From assembly GCA_022340585.1 (NCBI GenBank), contig JAJDNS010000037.1:4834-68833 (forward strand): DNA of 64,000 nt. The letters run 5' to 3'. Position numbers and translations under genes: made by a program. Below the pieces are notes generated by a model. That model searched no databases. It had not been told where the DNA came from and saw only the letters and a program-made list of their open reading frames with translations. Origin of the DNA: Acidobacteriota bacterium (GTDB lineage: Bacteria > Acidobacteriota > Vicinamibacteria > Fen-336). The first letter of the stretch is position 1; each line of letters starts with the position of its first letter. This document shows, piece after piece, positions 9,505 to 18,140 of the stretch.

Positions 9505-11364
9505 ATGAGCGACCAGGCCGCCCCGCCGAGGGGCCCGTCGTTCCTCGAGCGCCTGAGCGAAGGAGTCGTGGTCTTCGACGGTGCCATGGGGACCATGCTC
9601 TACGCTCGGGGCGTGTTCGTGAACCGCTGCTTCGACGAGCTCAACCTCTCCAACCCCGCCCTCGTGCGCTCCGTCCACGAGGAGTACCTGGTGGCCGGGG
9701 CCGAGGTGGTGGAGACGAACACCTTCGGCGCTCACCGCTTCAAGCTCGGCCCCCACGGGCTCGCCCCCCAGGTGCGCAAGATCAACCGGGAGGGAGCCCG
9801 GATCGCCCGCGAAGCGGCGGCCCATCGCGGACTCGTCGCCGGCTCCATGGGGCCCGTGGGCAAGCCCCTGGCCCCGCTGGGCCACGTGCCGCGGGAGGAA
9901 GCGATCGAGGCCTTTCGGGAGCAGGCCGAGGGGTTGCTCGAGGGGGGGGTGGACCTCTTCTTCGTGGAGACCATGCCTTCGCTGGGCCAGGCGACGGCCG
10001 CCCTCGAGGCCATCCGGTCCCACGACACCGACGTCCCGGTCGCGGTCAGCCTGACGTTCAACGAGGAGGGCAACACCATATACGGGGACACGCCCGAGGA
10101 TGCCGTGCGGACGCTCGAGGACCTCGGGGTGGCGGTCGTCGGGGCCAACTGCAGCCAGGGCCCCCAGGCCATGCTCGAGACCGTGGAGCGCATGGCGGCG
10201 GTGGCGCGGACCGTGCGGCTGTCGGCGATGCCCAACGCGGGCTCGCCGGCCCTCGTCGAGGGGCGCTACGTGTACCTCTGCACACCGGAGTACATGGCCA
10301 CCTGGGCCCGGCGCTTTCTCGAGAGTGGGGCGACGGTGGTCGGGGGATGCTGCGGGACGACTCCGGCCCACATCCGCGACCTGGTCCGCTCCGTCCGCAT
10401 GGTCCGCCCGTCCCGGAGCGAGGTGCGCGTCCTTCCCCCGCGTCGCCCGAAGGAGGCCCCCTCTCCCATCGCCCGCGAGGAGAAGTCGCCCCTCGCCCGC
10501 AACCTCGGACGCAAGTTCGTGGTCTCCGTCGAGCTCGACCCGCCCCGCGGGGCGGCCCCGGGGGTGGTGCTGGAGCGGGCGCAGTACTGCCAGGAGAACG
10601 AGATCGACGCCATCAACGTCGCCGACGGTCCCCGGGCCTCGGCCCGCATGAGCGCCCAGGCCCTCTGCGTGCTGCTCCAGAGCCAGATCGGAATCGACAC
10701 CATCCTGCACTACACCTGCCGGGACCGGAACCTCCTGGGCATGCAGTCGGACCTGCTCGGAGCCCACGCTCTCGGGCTGCGCAACGTCCTCGCCATCACC
10801 GGTGACCCGCCCAAGCTGGGTGACTATCCCGACGCGACCGCCGTCTACGACGTCGACTCGATTGGCCTCATCCGCATCCTCGACCACCTCAACCACGGGT
10901 GCGACCTCGCCGGCAACCTCATCGGCCCCGCCCTGGGCATTCACATCGGCTGCGGAGCGGACCCGAGCAAACCGGACGTGGAGAAGGAGGTTCGACGGCT
11001 CGAGGAGAAGGTGGCGGCGGGGGCAGAGTACGTCATGACCCAGCCCGTCTACGATCCCCGGACCCTGGAGCGGTTCCTCTCGATGATCGACCATCTGGAC
11101 GTGCCCCTCCTGGTGGGCATCCTTCCCCTCTACTCCCACCGCAACGCGGAGTTTCTCCACAACGAGGTGCCGGGGATGAGCATCCCCGACGACATCCGCG
11201 CGCGCATGGAGAAGGCGGGCTCGGGTGAGAAGGCCCAGGCCGAGGGGGTCGCCATCGCCCGGGAGGCGACGCTGGCCGCGCGCGAGAAGGCGCAGGGGGT
11301 CTACGTCATGCCGCCGTTCAACAAGGTGGAGCTCGCGGTTCGCGTCGTCGAGGTTCTCGAATAG
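9505..11364 (+). CDS. bifunctional homocysteine S-methyltransferase / 5,10-methylenetetrahydrofolate reductase
   Basis: N-terminal Hcy-binding domain (VVFDGAMGTMLY, CCGTTPAHI), then an MTHFR domain (FVVSVELDPPRG ... ILHYTCRDRNLLGMQSDLLGAHALGLRNVLAITGDPPKLG). Confidence 0.85.
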   Translation: MSDQAAPPRGPSFLERLSEGVVVFDGAMGTMLYARGVFVNRCFDELNLSNPALVRSVHEEYLVAGAEVVETNTFGAHRFKLGPHGLAPQVRKINREGARIAREAAAHRGLVAGSMGPVGKPLAPLGHVPREEAIEAFREQAEGLLEGGVDLFFVETMPSLGQATAALEAIRSHDTDVPVAVSLTFNEEGNTIYGDTPEDAVRTLEDLGVAVVGANCSQGPQAMLETVERMAAVARTVRLSAMPNAGSPALVEGRYVYLCTPEYMATWARRFLESGATVVGGCCGTTPAHIRDLVRSVRMVRPSRSEVRVLPPRRPKEAPSPIAREEKSPLARNLGRKFVVSVELDPPRGAAPGVVLERAQYCQENEIDAINVADGPRASARMSAQALCVLLQSQIGIDTILHYTCRDRNLLGMQSDLLGAHALGLRNVLAITGDPPKLGDYPDATAVYDVDSIGLIRILDHLNHGCDLAGNLIGPALGIHIGCGADPSKPDVEKEVRRLEEKVAAGAEYVMTQPVYDPRTLERFLSMIDHLDVPLLVGILPLYSHRNAEFLHNEVPGMSIPDDIRARMEKAGSGEKAQAEGVAIAREATLAAREKAQGVYVMPPFNKVELAVRVVEVLE

Positions 11365-11387
11365 ACTGGGACACCGGAGCTTCCCCC

Positions 11388-12314
11388 GTGTCTCGCGCTC
11401 TCCTCGTCGCGTTCGCCAGCCTGGCCGTGGTCGCCTCCGCCCCGGCGACCCAGGATGCCCCCGTGTTCGAGGTGGGGCTCGAGATCGTCAACGTGACGGT
11501 GACGGTGAAGGATCAGGACGGGAACCTGGTGAGCGACCTGCCGGTCGAAGACTTCGTGGTCACGGAGGACGGCCGGGAGCAGACGCTCGAGCTCTTCGCC
11601 CCGGCCAGCGATCCGACCGAGCGCGAGGAGCTGGCCCTCAACCTGGGGATGCTCTTCGACACGAGCGAGAGCATGCGGGAGAACCTCGAGCTCAGCCAGG
11701 CCTCCGCCGTGCGCTTCCTGGACTCCATCCCCCGGGCGCGCGACCTGATCCTCATCTTCTTCGACCGCGACATCCAGATCTCCCGGTACAACTCGGAGAA
11801 CCAGCAGGGGATCTTCGAGCGGATCCTCGAGACCGAGGGCCAGAGCTACACCGCTCTCTATGACTCCATCGTGGCGTACCTCTCCCGGGTCATCGACACG
11901 CCGGGACGGAAGGTGGCGGTGATCTTCTCGGACGGCGACGACACCATCAGCTCCGTTCGCCCCGCCGACGTCATTCACCTCGTCCGGTCGACGAACGTCA
12001 CGATCTATCCGGTCGCCTTCCCGGCCGAGCGGGGGTTGGGGAGCCAGTCCGCGATCCGGGCTCGAGCGTTCCTCGGGGAGCTCGCCAAGACCAGCGGGGG
12101 GAAGGTCTTCCGACCCGGGGCCTACCGCGAGCTGGCGGGGATGTACAACGAGATCCTCGACGAGCTCGGGGGGCAGTACGTCCTCGGCTACGTCTCCGAC
12201 AACCCGGCCCGGGACGGGAAGTACCGCCGGCTGAAGGTCGAGATCCGGCGTCCCGGCCTGCGCATCCGCCACCGCCCCGGGTACAACGCCCCCGTGGAGC
12301 CACCGGCGGAGTAG
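11388..12314 (+). CDS. VWA domain-containing secreted protein (Acidobacteria-type VWFA)
   Basis: Signal peptide MSRALLVAFASLAVVASAPA. VWA/MIDAS-like motifs (LNLGMLFDTSESM, VAVIFSDGDDTIS). The conserved C-terminal block (GYNAP) is typical of the TIGR03436 family. Confidence 0.8.
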   Translation: MSRALLVAFASLAVVASAPATQDAPVFEVGLEIVNVTVTVKDQDGNLVSDLPVEDFVVTEDGREQTLELFAPASDPTEREELALNLGMLFDTSESMRENLELSQASAVRFLDSIPRARDLILIFFDRDIQISRYNSENQQGIFERILETEGQSYTALYDSIVAYLSRVIDTPGRKVAVIFSDGDDTISSVRPADVIHLVRSTNVTIYPVAFPAERGLGSQSAIRARAFLGELAKTSGGKVFRPGAYRELAGMYNEILDELGGQYVLGYVSDNPARDGKYRRLKVEIRRPGLRIRHRPGYNAPVEPPAE

Positions 12315-12317
12315 CGG

Positions 12318-13358
12318 CTACTCCTCCTCGCCGGGCCGGCCGAGCCGGTCGGTCAGCGATTCGAGCCGACGCTCGAGCTCGCGGACACGCCTCTGCAGGT
12401 CGGGGAGCCTCGCGAACACGGCGGAGGAGCGGAGCCAGGTTCGGTTGTCGATGGCAGGGTACCCGGAGACCACCTCTCCCGCGCCGACCGAGCTCGGGAT
12501 GCCGGTCTGGGCCGTGGCGATCGCGCCGTCCCCGATCGTGAGGTGACCCGCCACCCCCACCTGCCCGGCGAGGGTGGCGCCCTTGCCGACGTGGGAGCTG
12601 CCCGCGATGCCCACCTGGCCGGCGAGCACGGTGTGCTCGCCCACCGTCACCGAGTGGCCGATCTGGACGAGGTTGTCGACCTTGCAGCCCCGGGCGATGC
12701 GGGTCTCCCCCAGCGCGGCCCGGTCGACGGCGGTGAGCGCCCCGATCTCCACGTCGTCCTCGATCACCACGATTCCCACCTGGGGAAACTTGTGGTACCG
12801 GCCGTCGTCGTCGCGGGCGAACCCGAACCCGTCGGCGCCGATGACCGCCCCGTTCTGGACGATCACCCGATCCCCCAGGCGGCAGTGCTCGCGGACCTGG
12901 ACGGCGGAGTGCAGCACGCAGTCTTCGCCGACCTCCACGCCCTCGGAGAGCACGACCTGGGGGTGGACGACGGAGCGAGCCCCGACCCGGACCCCGGGGC
13001 CCACCACCGCGAGGGCGCCGACATGGACGTCGGGGCCCAGCTCGGCCGTCGGGTCGATCCGGGCCGAGGGATCGATACCCGGGGCCGGCCGGCGCCCGGG
13101 GCGCACCATCGCCACCGCCCGGGCGAACGTCAGGTAGGGGTTGTCGGAGACGAGGCAGGGGACCGGCGCCTCCCGCTTCGGTCCCACGATCACCGCCGCC
13201 GCCTTCGTGGTGGCGAGGAGGGGCACGTAGCGTCGGTTGGCCAGAAACGTCAGGTCACCGGGACCAGCCTCCTCGATGCCGGCCACGCCCGTGATCTCCA
13301 CGCTGCCGTCACCGCGCAGCTGACAACCGAGCCGGTCGGCCAGCTCGCGAAGGATCAC
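12318..13358 (-). CDS. lpxD: UDP-3-O-(3-hydroxyacyl)glucosamine N-acyltransferase
   Basis: LpxD N-terminal domain followed by left-handed beta-helix hexapeptide repeats throughout (IGALTAVDRAALGETRIARGCKVDNLVQIGHSV...). Confidence 0.85.
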   Translation of the reverse strand: MILRELADRLGCQLRGDGSVEITGVAGIEEAGPGDLTFLANRRYVPLLATTKAAAVIVGPKREAPVPCLVSDNPYLTFARAVAMVRPGRRPAPGIDPSARIDPTAELGPDVHVGALAVVGPGVRVGARSVVHPQVVLSEGVEVGEDCVLHSAVQVREHCRLGDRVIVQNGAVIGADGFGFARDDDGRYHKFPQVGIVVIEDDVEIGALTAVDRAALGETRIARGCKVDNLVQIGHSVTVGEHTVLAGQVGIAGSSHVGKGATLAGQVGVAGHLTIGDGAIATAQTGIPSSVGAGEVVSGYPAIDNRTWLRSSAVFARLPDLQRRVRELERRLESLTDRLGRPGEEE

Positions 13359-13771
13359 CCCCGCTTGGCCTCCCCTGGTGTCGGCGTCCCCCCGCCGGGC
13401 TGCCCGGCCGCGGGCTTGAAGGGAGCGGACATCGTCGCCGCCGGCGGTTCCTTCTTCTCGCCCGCCGCGACGGAGCCGCTCAGCCAGGCCCCCTCCCGCA
13501 CCACCAGCACGCCCGCGTCGACGGTGCCCTGGACCCTCGCCTTCTCGGCCAGAATCAGGCTGCGGGCTCGCACGTCGCCCTTGAGCTCACCGGAGATCTC
13601 CGCGGTGTCCGCGACCACCGTGGCCTCGACCCGGGCCCCTTCGCCCAGAACCAGACGGCCCGAGATCTCGATCTCGCCCCGGAAACGGCCGAGAACGAGA
13701 GCATCCTTTCCCCGCAGCTTGCCTTCGATGTCGGTCTGAGCGTCGATCACCGTCGAGTTGTTTTCCACCAT
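13355..13771 (-). CDS. bactofilin family cytoskeletal protein
   Basis: 138-aa protein (ATG at 13771) with the DUF583 beta-helical repeat pattern (IEGKLRGKDALVLGRFRGEIEISGRLVLGEGARVEATVVADTAEISGELKGDV) and a Pro/Gly-rich tail. Overlaps the lpxD start by 4 nt. Confidence 0.8.
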   Translation of the reverse strand: MVENNSTVIDAQTDIEGKLRGKDALVLGRFRGEIEISGRLVLGEGARVEATVVADTAEISGELKGDVRARSLILAEKARVQGTVDAGVLVVREGAWLSGSVAAGEKKEPPAATMSAPFKPAAGQPGGGTPTPGEAKRG

Positions 13772-13882
13772 GCCTCCCCTGAGCTTGCCCGGGCATTCTA
13801 GCAAGAGACAGCCGTCGCCGGTGAGGAGCTTGTCCGCAGGACCGAGACGGGTCAGACTGGGGCCCCCGGGAGGAGGAACGAC

Positions 13883-14569
13883 GTGGACTACACCTACGAC
13901 GACATTGCTGGAATGATCGATCACTCGCTGCTCGTGCCCACTCTCACCACCGAGCAGCTGGAAGCGGGTTGCCAGCTCGCCCGCGAGTACAACGTCGCGA
14001 GCGTGTGCATCCTGCCCTACGCGCTGGAGCGGGCCAGCGGCCTCCTCGCCGGGAGCACGGTGCAGCCGAGCACCACCATCGGCTTCCCCCACGGTGGCCA
14101 GGCGACGAGCGTCAAGGTGGCGGAGGCGGAGCAGGCGCTCGCCGACGGCGGGACCGAGCTGGACATGGTGGTCAACATCTCCAAGGTGCTGAGCGGGGAC
14201 TGGGCCTACGTCCGGAGGGACGTGGAGGCCGTCCTCGAGCCGACCCACGCCGGGCGCATGAAGCTCAAGGTCATCTTCGAGAACTGCTATCTCGACGACG
14301 CCCAGAAGATCCGGCTCTGCGAGATCTGCGGCGAGCTCGGCGTCGACTGGGTGAAGACGTCCACCGGCTTCGGTACCGGGGGGGCCACCGACGAGGACCT
14401 CGTGCTGATGAGGAAGCACTCCCCCCCGCACGTGCAGGTGAAGGCGGCTGGGGGCGTGCGCGATCTCGACCGCCTGATCCGGGTGCGGGAGCTGGGCTGC
14501 ACGCGCTCGGGCGCCACCCGGACCCGGGACATCCTCGACGAGCTGAAGAGTCGCCTGGCGGCGAGCTGA
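13883..14569 (+). CDS. deoC: deoxyribose-phosphate aldolase
   Basis: DeoC motifs: CILPYAL, DMVVNIS, and the Schiff-base lysine context GVDWVKTSTGFGTGGAT. Confidence 0.85.
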   Translation: MDYTYDDIAGMIDHSLLVPTLTTEQLEAGCQLAREYNVASVCILPYALERASGLLAGSTVQPSTTIGFPHGGQATSVKVAEAEQALADGGTELDMVVNISKVLSGDWAYVRRDVEAVLEPTHAGRMKLKVIFENCYLDDAQKIRLCEICGELGVDWVKTSTGFGTGGATDEDLVLMRKHSPPHVQVKAAGGVRDLDRLIRVRELGCTRSGATRTRDILDELKSRLAAS

Positions 14570-14689
14570 AGCGGCCGGACGCTCGAGGCCGGCCCGGTCC
14601 CGGGGGGGGCGCCCGGGGAGCGAGCCGCGGCTCCTCGTCCCGCGCCGCGCCTGCTGCTAAGCTGTGGGGATGACCGTTGCCTCGGGGCG

Positions 14690-16738
14690 GTGGCCGTGAG
14701 CCCCCAGCGTGAGCCGGAGCGCCGCCTCGCGCCGACCCCGGCCGACGCGCGCTTTCGCCTCGTGAGCGACTTCGAGGCCAAGGGCGACCAGCCGCAGGCC
14801 ATCGAGGAGCTCACCCGGGGCATCGAGCGCGGTGGCCGGCACCAGGTGCTGCTGGGCGTGACCGGCAGCGGGAAGACGTTCACCGTGGCCTCGGTCATGG
14901 CCAACCTGAACCGGCCCACCCTCGTTCTCGCCCACAACAAGACGCTCGCCGCCCAGCTCTACCAGGAGTTCAGGGCCTTCTTCCCCGAGAACGCGGTCGA
15001 GTACTTCGTCTCCTACTACGACTACTACCAGCCCGAGGCCTACGTCCCCCAGTCGGACACCTACATCGAGAAGGAGGCCACGATCAACGACGAGATCGAC
15101 CGTCTCCGGCTCTCGGCCACGAGAAGCCTGTTCGAGCGCCGCGACGTGGTGATCGTCGCCTCGGTCTCGTGCATCTACGGCCTCGGGTCGCCCGAGGCGT
15201 ACTACGGCATGCTCCTGTTCATCCGGCAGGGAGACACCCTCGACCGCCGGGATCTTCTCGCCCGCCTCGTGGAGGCCCGCTACGACCGCAACGATCTCGA
15301 TCTCCGGCGCGGCACGTTCCGGGTCCGGGGTGACGTGGTCGAGATCGTCCCCGCCTACGAGGAGAGCGGGATCCGCGTCGAGCTCTTCGGCGACGAGGTG
15401 GAGCAGATCAGCGCCTTCGACCCGCTGACCGGGAAGACCACCGGCCGCCTGGCCCAGGTGGCCATCTACCCGTCGAGCCACTACGTGACTCCCCAGCCCC
15501 GTCTCGCCGACGCCATCGAGACCATCGAGGCAGAGCTCCTGGAGGTGAAGCCGAGGCTCGAGACCCAGGGCAAGCTGCTCGAGGCGCAGCGGCTCTACCA
15601 GCGCACCATGTTCGACCTCGAGATGCTCCGGGAGACCGGCCACTGCCACGGGATCGAGAACTACTCCCGCCACCTGTCGGGGCGGTCTCCCGGGGAGCCG
15701 CCGCCGACGCTTCTCGACTACCTGCCGAAGGATGCGCTGATGGTGGTGGACGAGTCCCACCAGTCGATCCCCCAGGTCCGCGGCATGTACGCCGGTGACC
15801 AGCAGCGCAAGAAGACGCTCGTCGAGTACGGCTTCCGCCTGCCCTCCGCCCTCGACAACCGCCCGCTCAGCTTCGACGAGTTCGAGACTCGGGTGGGGCA
15901 GTGCCTGTACGTCTCGGCGACGCCGGGACCCTACGAGCTGCAGAAGTCCGCCGGGGTGGTGACCGAGCAGGTCATCCGGCCCACCGGCCTCATGGACCCG
16001 CAGATCGAGGTGCGTCCGGTCGAGGGGCAGGTCGACGACCTGCTCGCGGAGATCCGCGCTCGCACCGAGAAGGGGCACCGGGTCCTGGTCACCACCCTGA
16101 CCAAGCGCATGGCCGAGGACCTGACCGAGTACTACCACGACCTCGGGGTCCGGGTGCGCTACCTGCACTCGGACGTGGAGACCCTCGAGCGCGTCCGCAT
16201 CCTCCGGGACCTGCGCCGGGGTGAGTTCGACGTGCTGGTGGGGATCAACCTGCTTCGGGAGGGTCTCGATCTCCCCGAGGTGTCTCTCGTGGCGATTCTC
16301 GATGCCGACAAGGAGGGCTTCCTCCGCTCCGGTGGCTCGCTGATCCAGACGATGGGGCGAGCCGCGCGGAACGTGGAGGGGATGGCCATTCTCTACGCGG
16401 ACAAGGTCACGGACTCGATGCGCGTGGCGATGGACGAGACCAGCCGGCGTCGCTCGCTCCAGGAGGCCTACAACCGCGATCACGACATCACCCCCGAGAG
16501 CATCGTCAAGAACATCGGCGAGCTGCTCTCCTCCGTCTACGAGCACGACTACGCGGCGATCCCCGAGGTCGAGGAAGAGCCCGAGGAGCGCTACCGGTCG
16601 CTGGAGGACATCGCTGCGGAGGTGAAGGCCCTCGAGAAGCAGATGCGCCAGGCGGCGAAGGCCCTCGAGTTCGAGAAGGCGGCCCAGATCCGCGACCGGG
16701 TCAAGGTGCTGCGGGCCCGGGAGTTCGGCCTGAAGTAG
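14690..16738 (+). CDS. uvrB: excinuclease ABC subunit B
   Basis: Full-length UvrB: GVTGSGKTF, beta-hairpin [10 protein letters not shown], helicase motifs, C-terminal UvrB/UvrC interaction helix ([21 protein letters not shown]). Confidence 0.95.
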   Translation: MAVSPQREPERRLAPTPADARFRLVSDFEAKGDQPQAIEELTRGIERGGRHQVLLGVTGSGKTFTVASVMANLNRPTLVLAHNKTLAAQLYQEFRAFFPENAVEYFVSYYDYYQPEAYVPQSDTYIEKEATINDEIDRLRLSATRSLFERRDVVIVASVSCIYGLGSPEAYYGMLLFIRQGDTLDRRDLLARLVEARYDRNDLDLRRGTFRVRGDVVEIVPAYEESGIRVELFGDEVEQISAFDPLTGKTTGRLAQVAIYPSSHYVTPQPRLADAIETIEAELLEVKPRLETQGKLLEAQRLYQRTMFDLEMLRETGHCHGIENYSRHLSGRSPGEPPPTLLDYLPKDALMVVDESHQSIPQVRGMYAGDQQRKKTLVEYGFRLPSALDNRPLSFDEFETRVGQCLYVSATPGPYELQKSAGVVTEQVIRPTGLMDPQIEVRPVEGQVDDLLAEIRARTEKGHRVLVTTLTKRMAEDLTEYYHDLGVRVRYLHSDVETLERVRILRDLRRGEFDVLVGINLLREGLDLPEVSLVAILDADKEGFLRSGGSLIQTMGRAARNVEGMAILYADKVTDSMRVAMDETSRRRSLQEAYNRDHDITPESIVKNIGELLSSVYEHDYAAIPEVEEEPEERYRSLEDIAAEVKALEKQMRQAAKALEFEKAAQIRDRVKVLRAREFGLK

Positions 16739-16744
16739 GTCGGG

Positions 16745-17959
16745 CTACCAGATGCCCTCGGCCGGACCCGGCCGGCCGAAGTAGTAGCCCTGGCCGTGTG
16801 AGAACCCCGCGACCAGGCACGCGGCGGCCTCCTCGGCCGTCTCCACCCCTTCGGCGATCGTCCTGACCAGCAGCTCCCGGGACGCGGCCACCAGAGAGGC
16901 CACGAGTCGCTGGCGCGAGTGGGGGGCGTGGTCGATGCCGGTGATGAAGCGTCGGTCGAACTTCAGGTAGTGGGGTGGAGCTTCCGCCAGCTCGAAGAGG
17001 CGCGCCTGCCCCGCGCCGAAGTCGTCGTAGGCGACGCCCACGTTGACCTCCATGAGGCGGTTGCGCAGCCAGATGATGTAGTCGGCCTGGGCCAGGGCGG
17101 ATTCGTGGATCTCGAGGACGAGGTCCACGTTGGGGGCGAAGGCCCGCAGCTCCTCCAGCGACTCGACGAGGCCGGGAAGCTCCAGCTCCACGGGGTGGGT
17201 GTTCAGGAAGAGCAGGGGAGGCTGGGGTTGGCTGCGGATCATCTCGACCGCGTGCTGCCGGAACAGCCGGCTGAGCTCGACTTGTAGCTCCGGGCCCACC
17301 TCGCCGGCGATCTCGAACAGCTCCACCGGGCTCTCGGGGAGGCCCGGGTGTCGTCCGCGGCCGAGGGCCTCGCAGGCCAGCGGGTGGCGCGAGGGCATGT
17401 CGACGATGGGCTGGAAGACCATGGTCACCGCGCGCTTCTCGAGGAGATCACGGAGATCGTCGGGTGCCGTGGCCGAAGCCGCGGACCGCTTCGCTCGGGG
17501 GCTCTCCTCCGCCGCATGCGCGGCCTCCGCGCCGCTCCCCCTCTCGATCCGGAACTCGGAGTCCCCGAAGTGGAGGAGGTCGCCGTGGTGAAGGGCGGCG
17601 TCGGTCACGGGCTGGCGGTTCAGGAACGTTCCGTTCCGACTGCCGAGGTCTCGCACCCGCAGGGCCTCGCCGTCCGAGTAGATCTCCGCGTGGGTCTTGG
17701 ACACGTGAGCCGAGGAGAGGACCAGATCGACGTCGGGAGAGCGACCCAGACAGAAGGGGATCGAGCTGATGGGTGTCCGCTCGGGCGGGTCCCCGTTCCC
17801 GGTGCAGCTCTCGAGCACCCAGGAGTCCCCGAGCTTCGCCCGCGCGCGGGCCTCCAGGACCCGACCGCGGAGCTGGTCGGCGTCCGGAACGGCGAAGCGG
17901 AGCGTGTCGTGCTTTCGCCTGGCCACCGCCGGCGCCATCGTGTCGAACTCACTGGCCAT
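16745..17959 (-). CDS. FHA domain / EAL domain protein (putative phosphothreonine-regulated c-di-GMP phosphodiesterase)
   Basis: C-terminal 404 aa of ORF 16745..18316 (ATG at 17959). FHA motifs (FCLGRSPDVDLVLSSAHVSKTHAEI...RDLGSRNGTFLN), then an EAL domain (ACEALGRG, YDDFGAGQ, GQGYYFGRP). Confidence 0.75.
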   Translation of the reverse strand: MASEFDTMAPAVARRKHDTLRFAVPDADQLRGRVLEARARAKLGDSWVLESCTGNGDPPERTPISSIPFCLGRSPDVDLVLSSAHVSKTHAEIYSDGEALRVRDLGSRNGTFLNRQPVTDAALHHGDLLHFGDSEFRIERGSGAEAAHAAEESPRAKRSAASATAPDDLRDLLEKRAVTMVFQPIVDMPSRHPLACEALGRGRHPGLPESPVELFEIAGEVGPELQVELSRLFRQHAVEMIRSQPQPPLLFLNTHPVELELPGLVESLEELRAFAPNVDLVLEIHESALAQADYIIWLRNRLMEVNVGVAYDDFGAGQARLFELAEAPPHYLKFDRRFITGIDHAPHSRQRLVASLVAASRELLVRTIAEGVETAEEAAACLVAGFSHGQGYYFGRPGPAEGIW

Positions 17960-18140
17960 ACCGTGCCCGCACGATCCAGTGCAATTGTCGGGCCGTTCGG
18001 GGGGCCTTGATGAGCAAGCACTTACGGCGAAAGCCATGACCCCGTCTGACCGGATTCCAGACTCTGGATGTGGCGGCCGGAGGCCCGGGCGTGAATAAAG
18101 AGGGATCGATGGGCGGCGGGTGTCGTAATCTCTTGAGGGA

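Noticed and set aside
8505-11160. Two very long ORFs (766 aa on the plus strand, 797 aa on the minus strand) overlapping the bifunctional methyltransferase/MTHFR gene
   Set aside because: Both are extremely Arg/Gly/Pro-rich with no motifs. The 9505..11364 frame carries clear Hcy-methyltransferase and MTHFR motifs.
14570-14689. Possible LexA/SOS box upstream of uvrB
   Set aside because: CTGCTGCTAAGCTGTGG loosely resembles CTGT-N8-ACAG but is not palindromic. No convincing operator could be defined by eye.
14657-16546. 629-aa minus-strand ORF antisense to uvrB
   Set aside because: uvrB is unambiguous on the plus strand; the antisense ORF is a codon-bias artefact.
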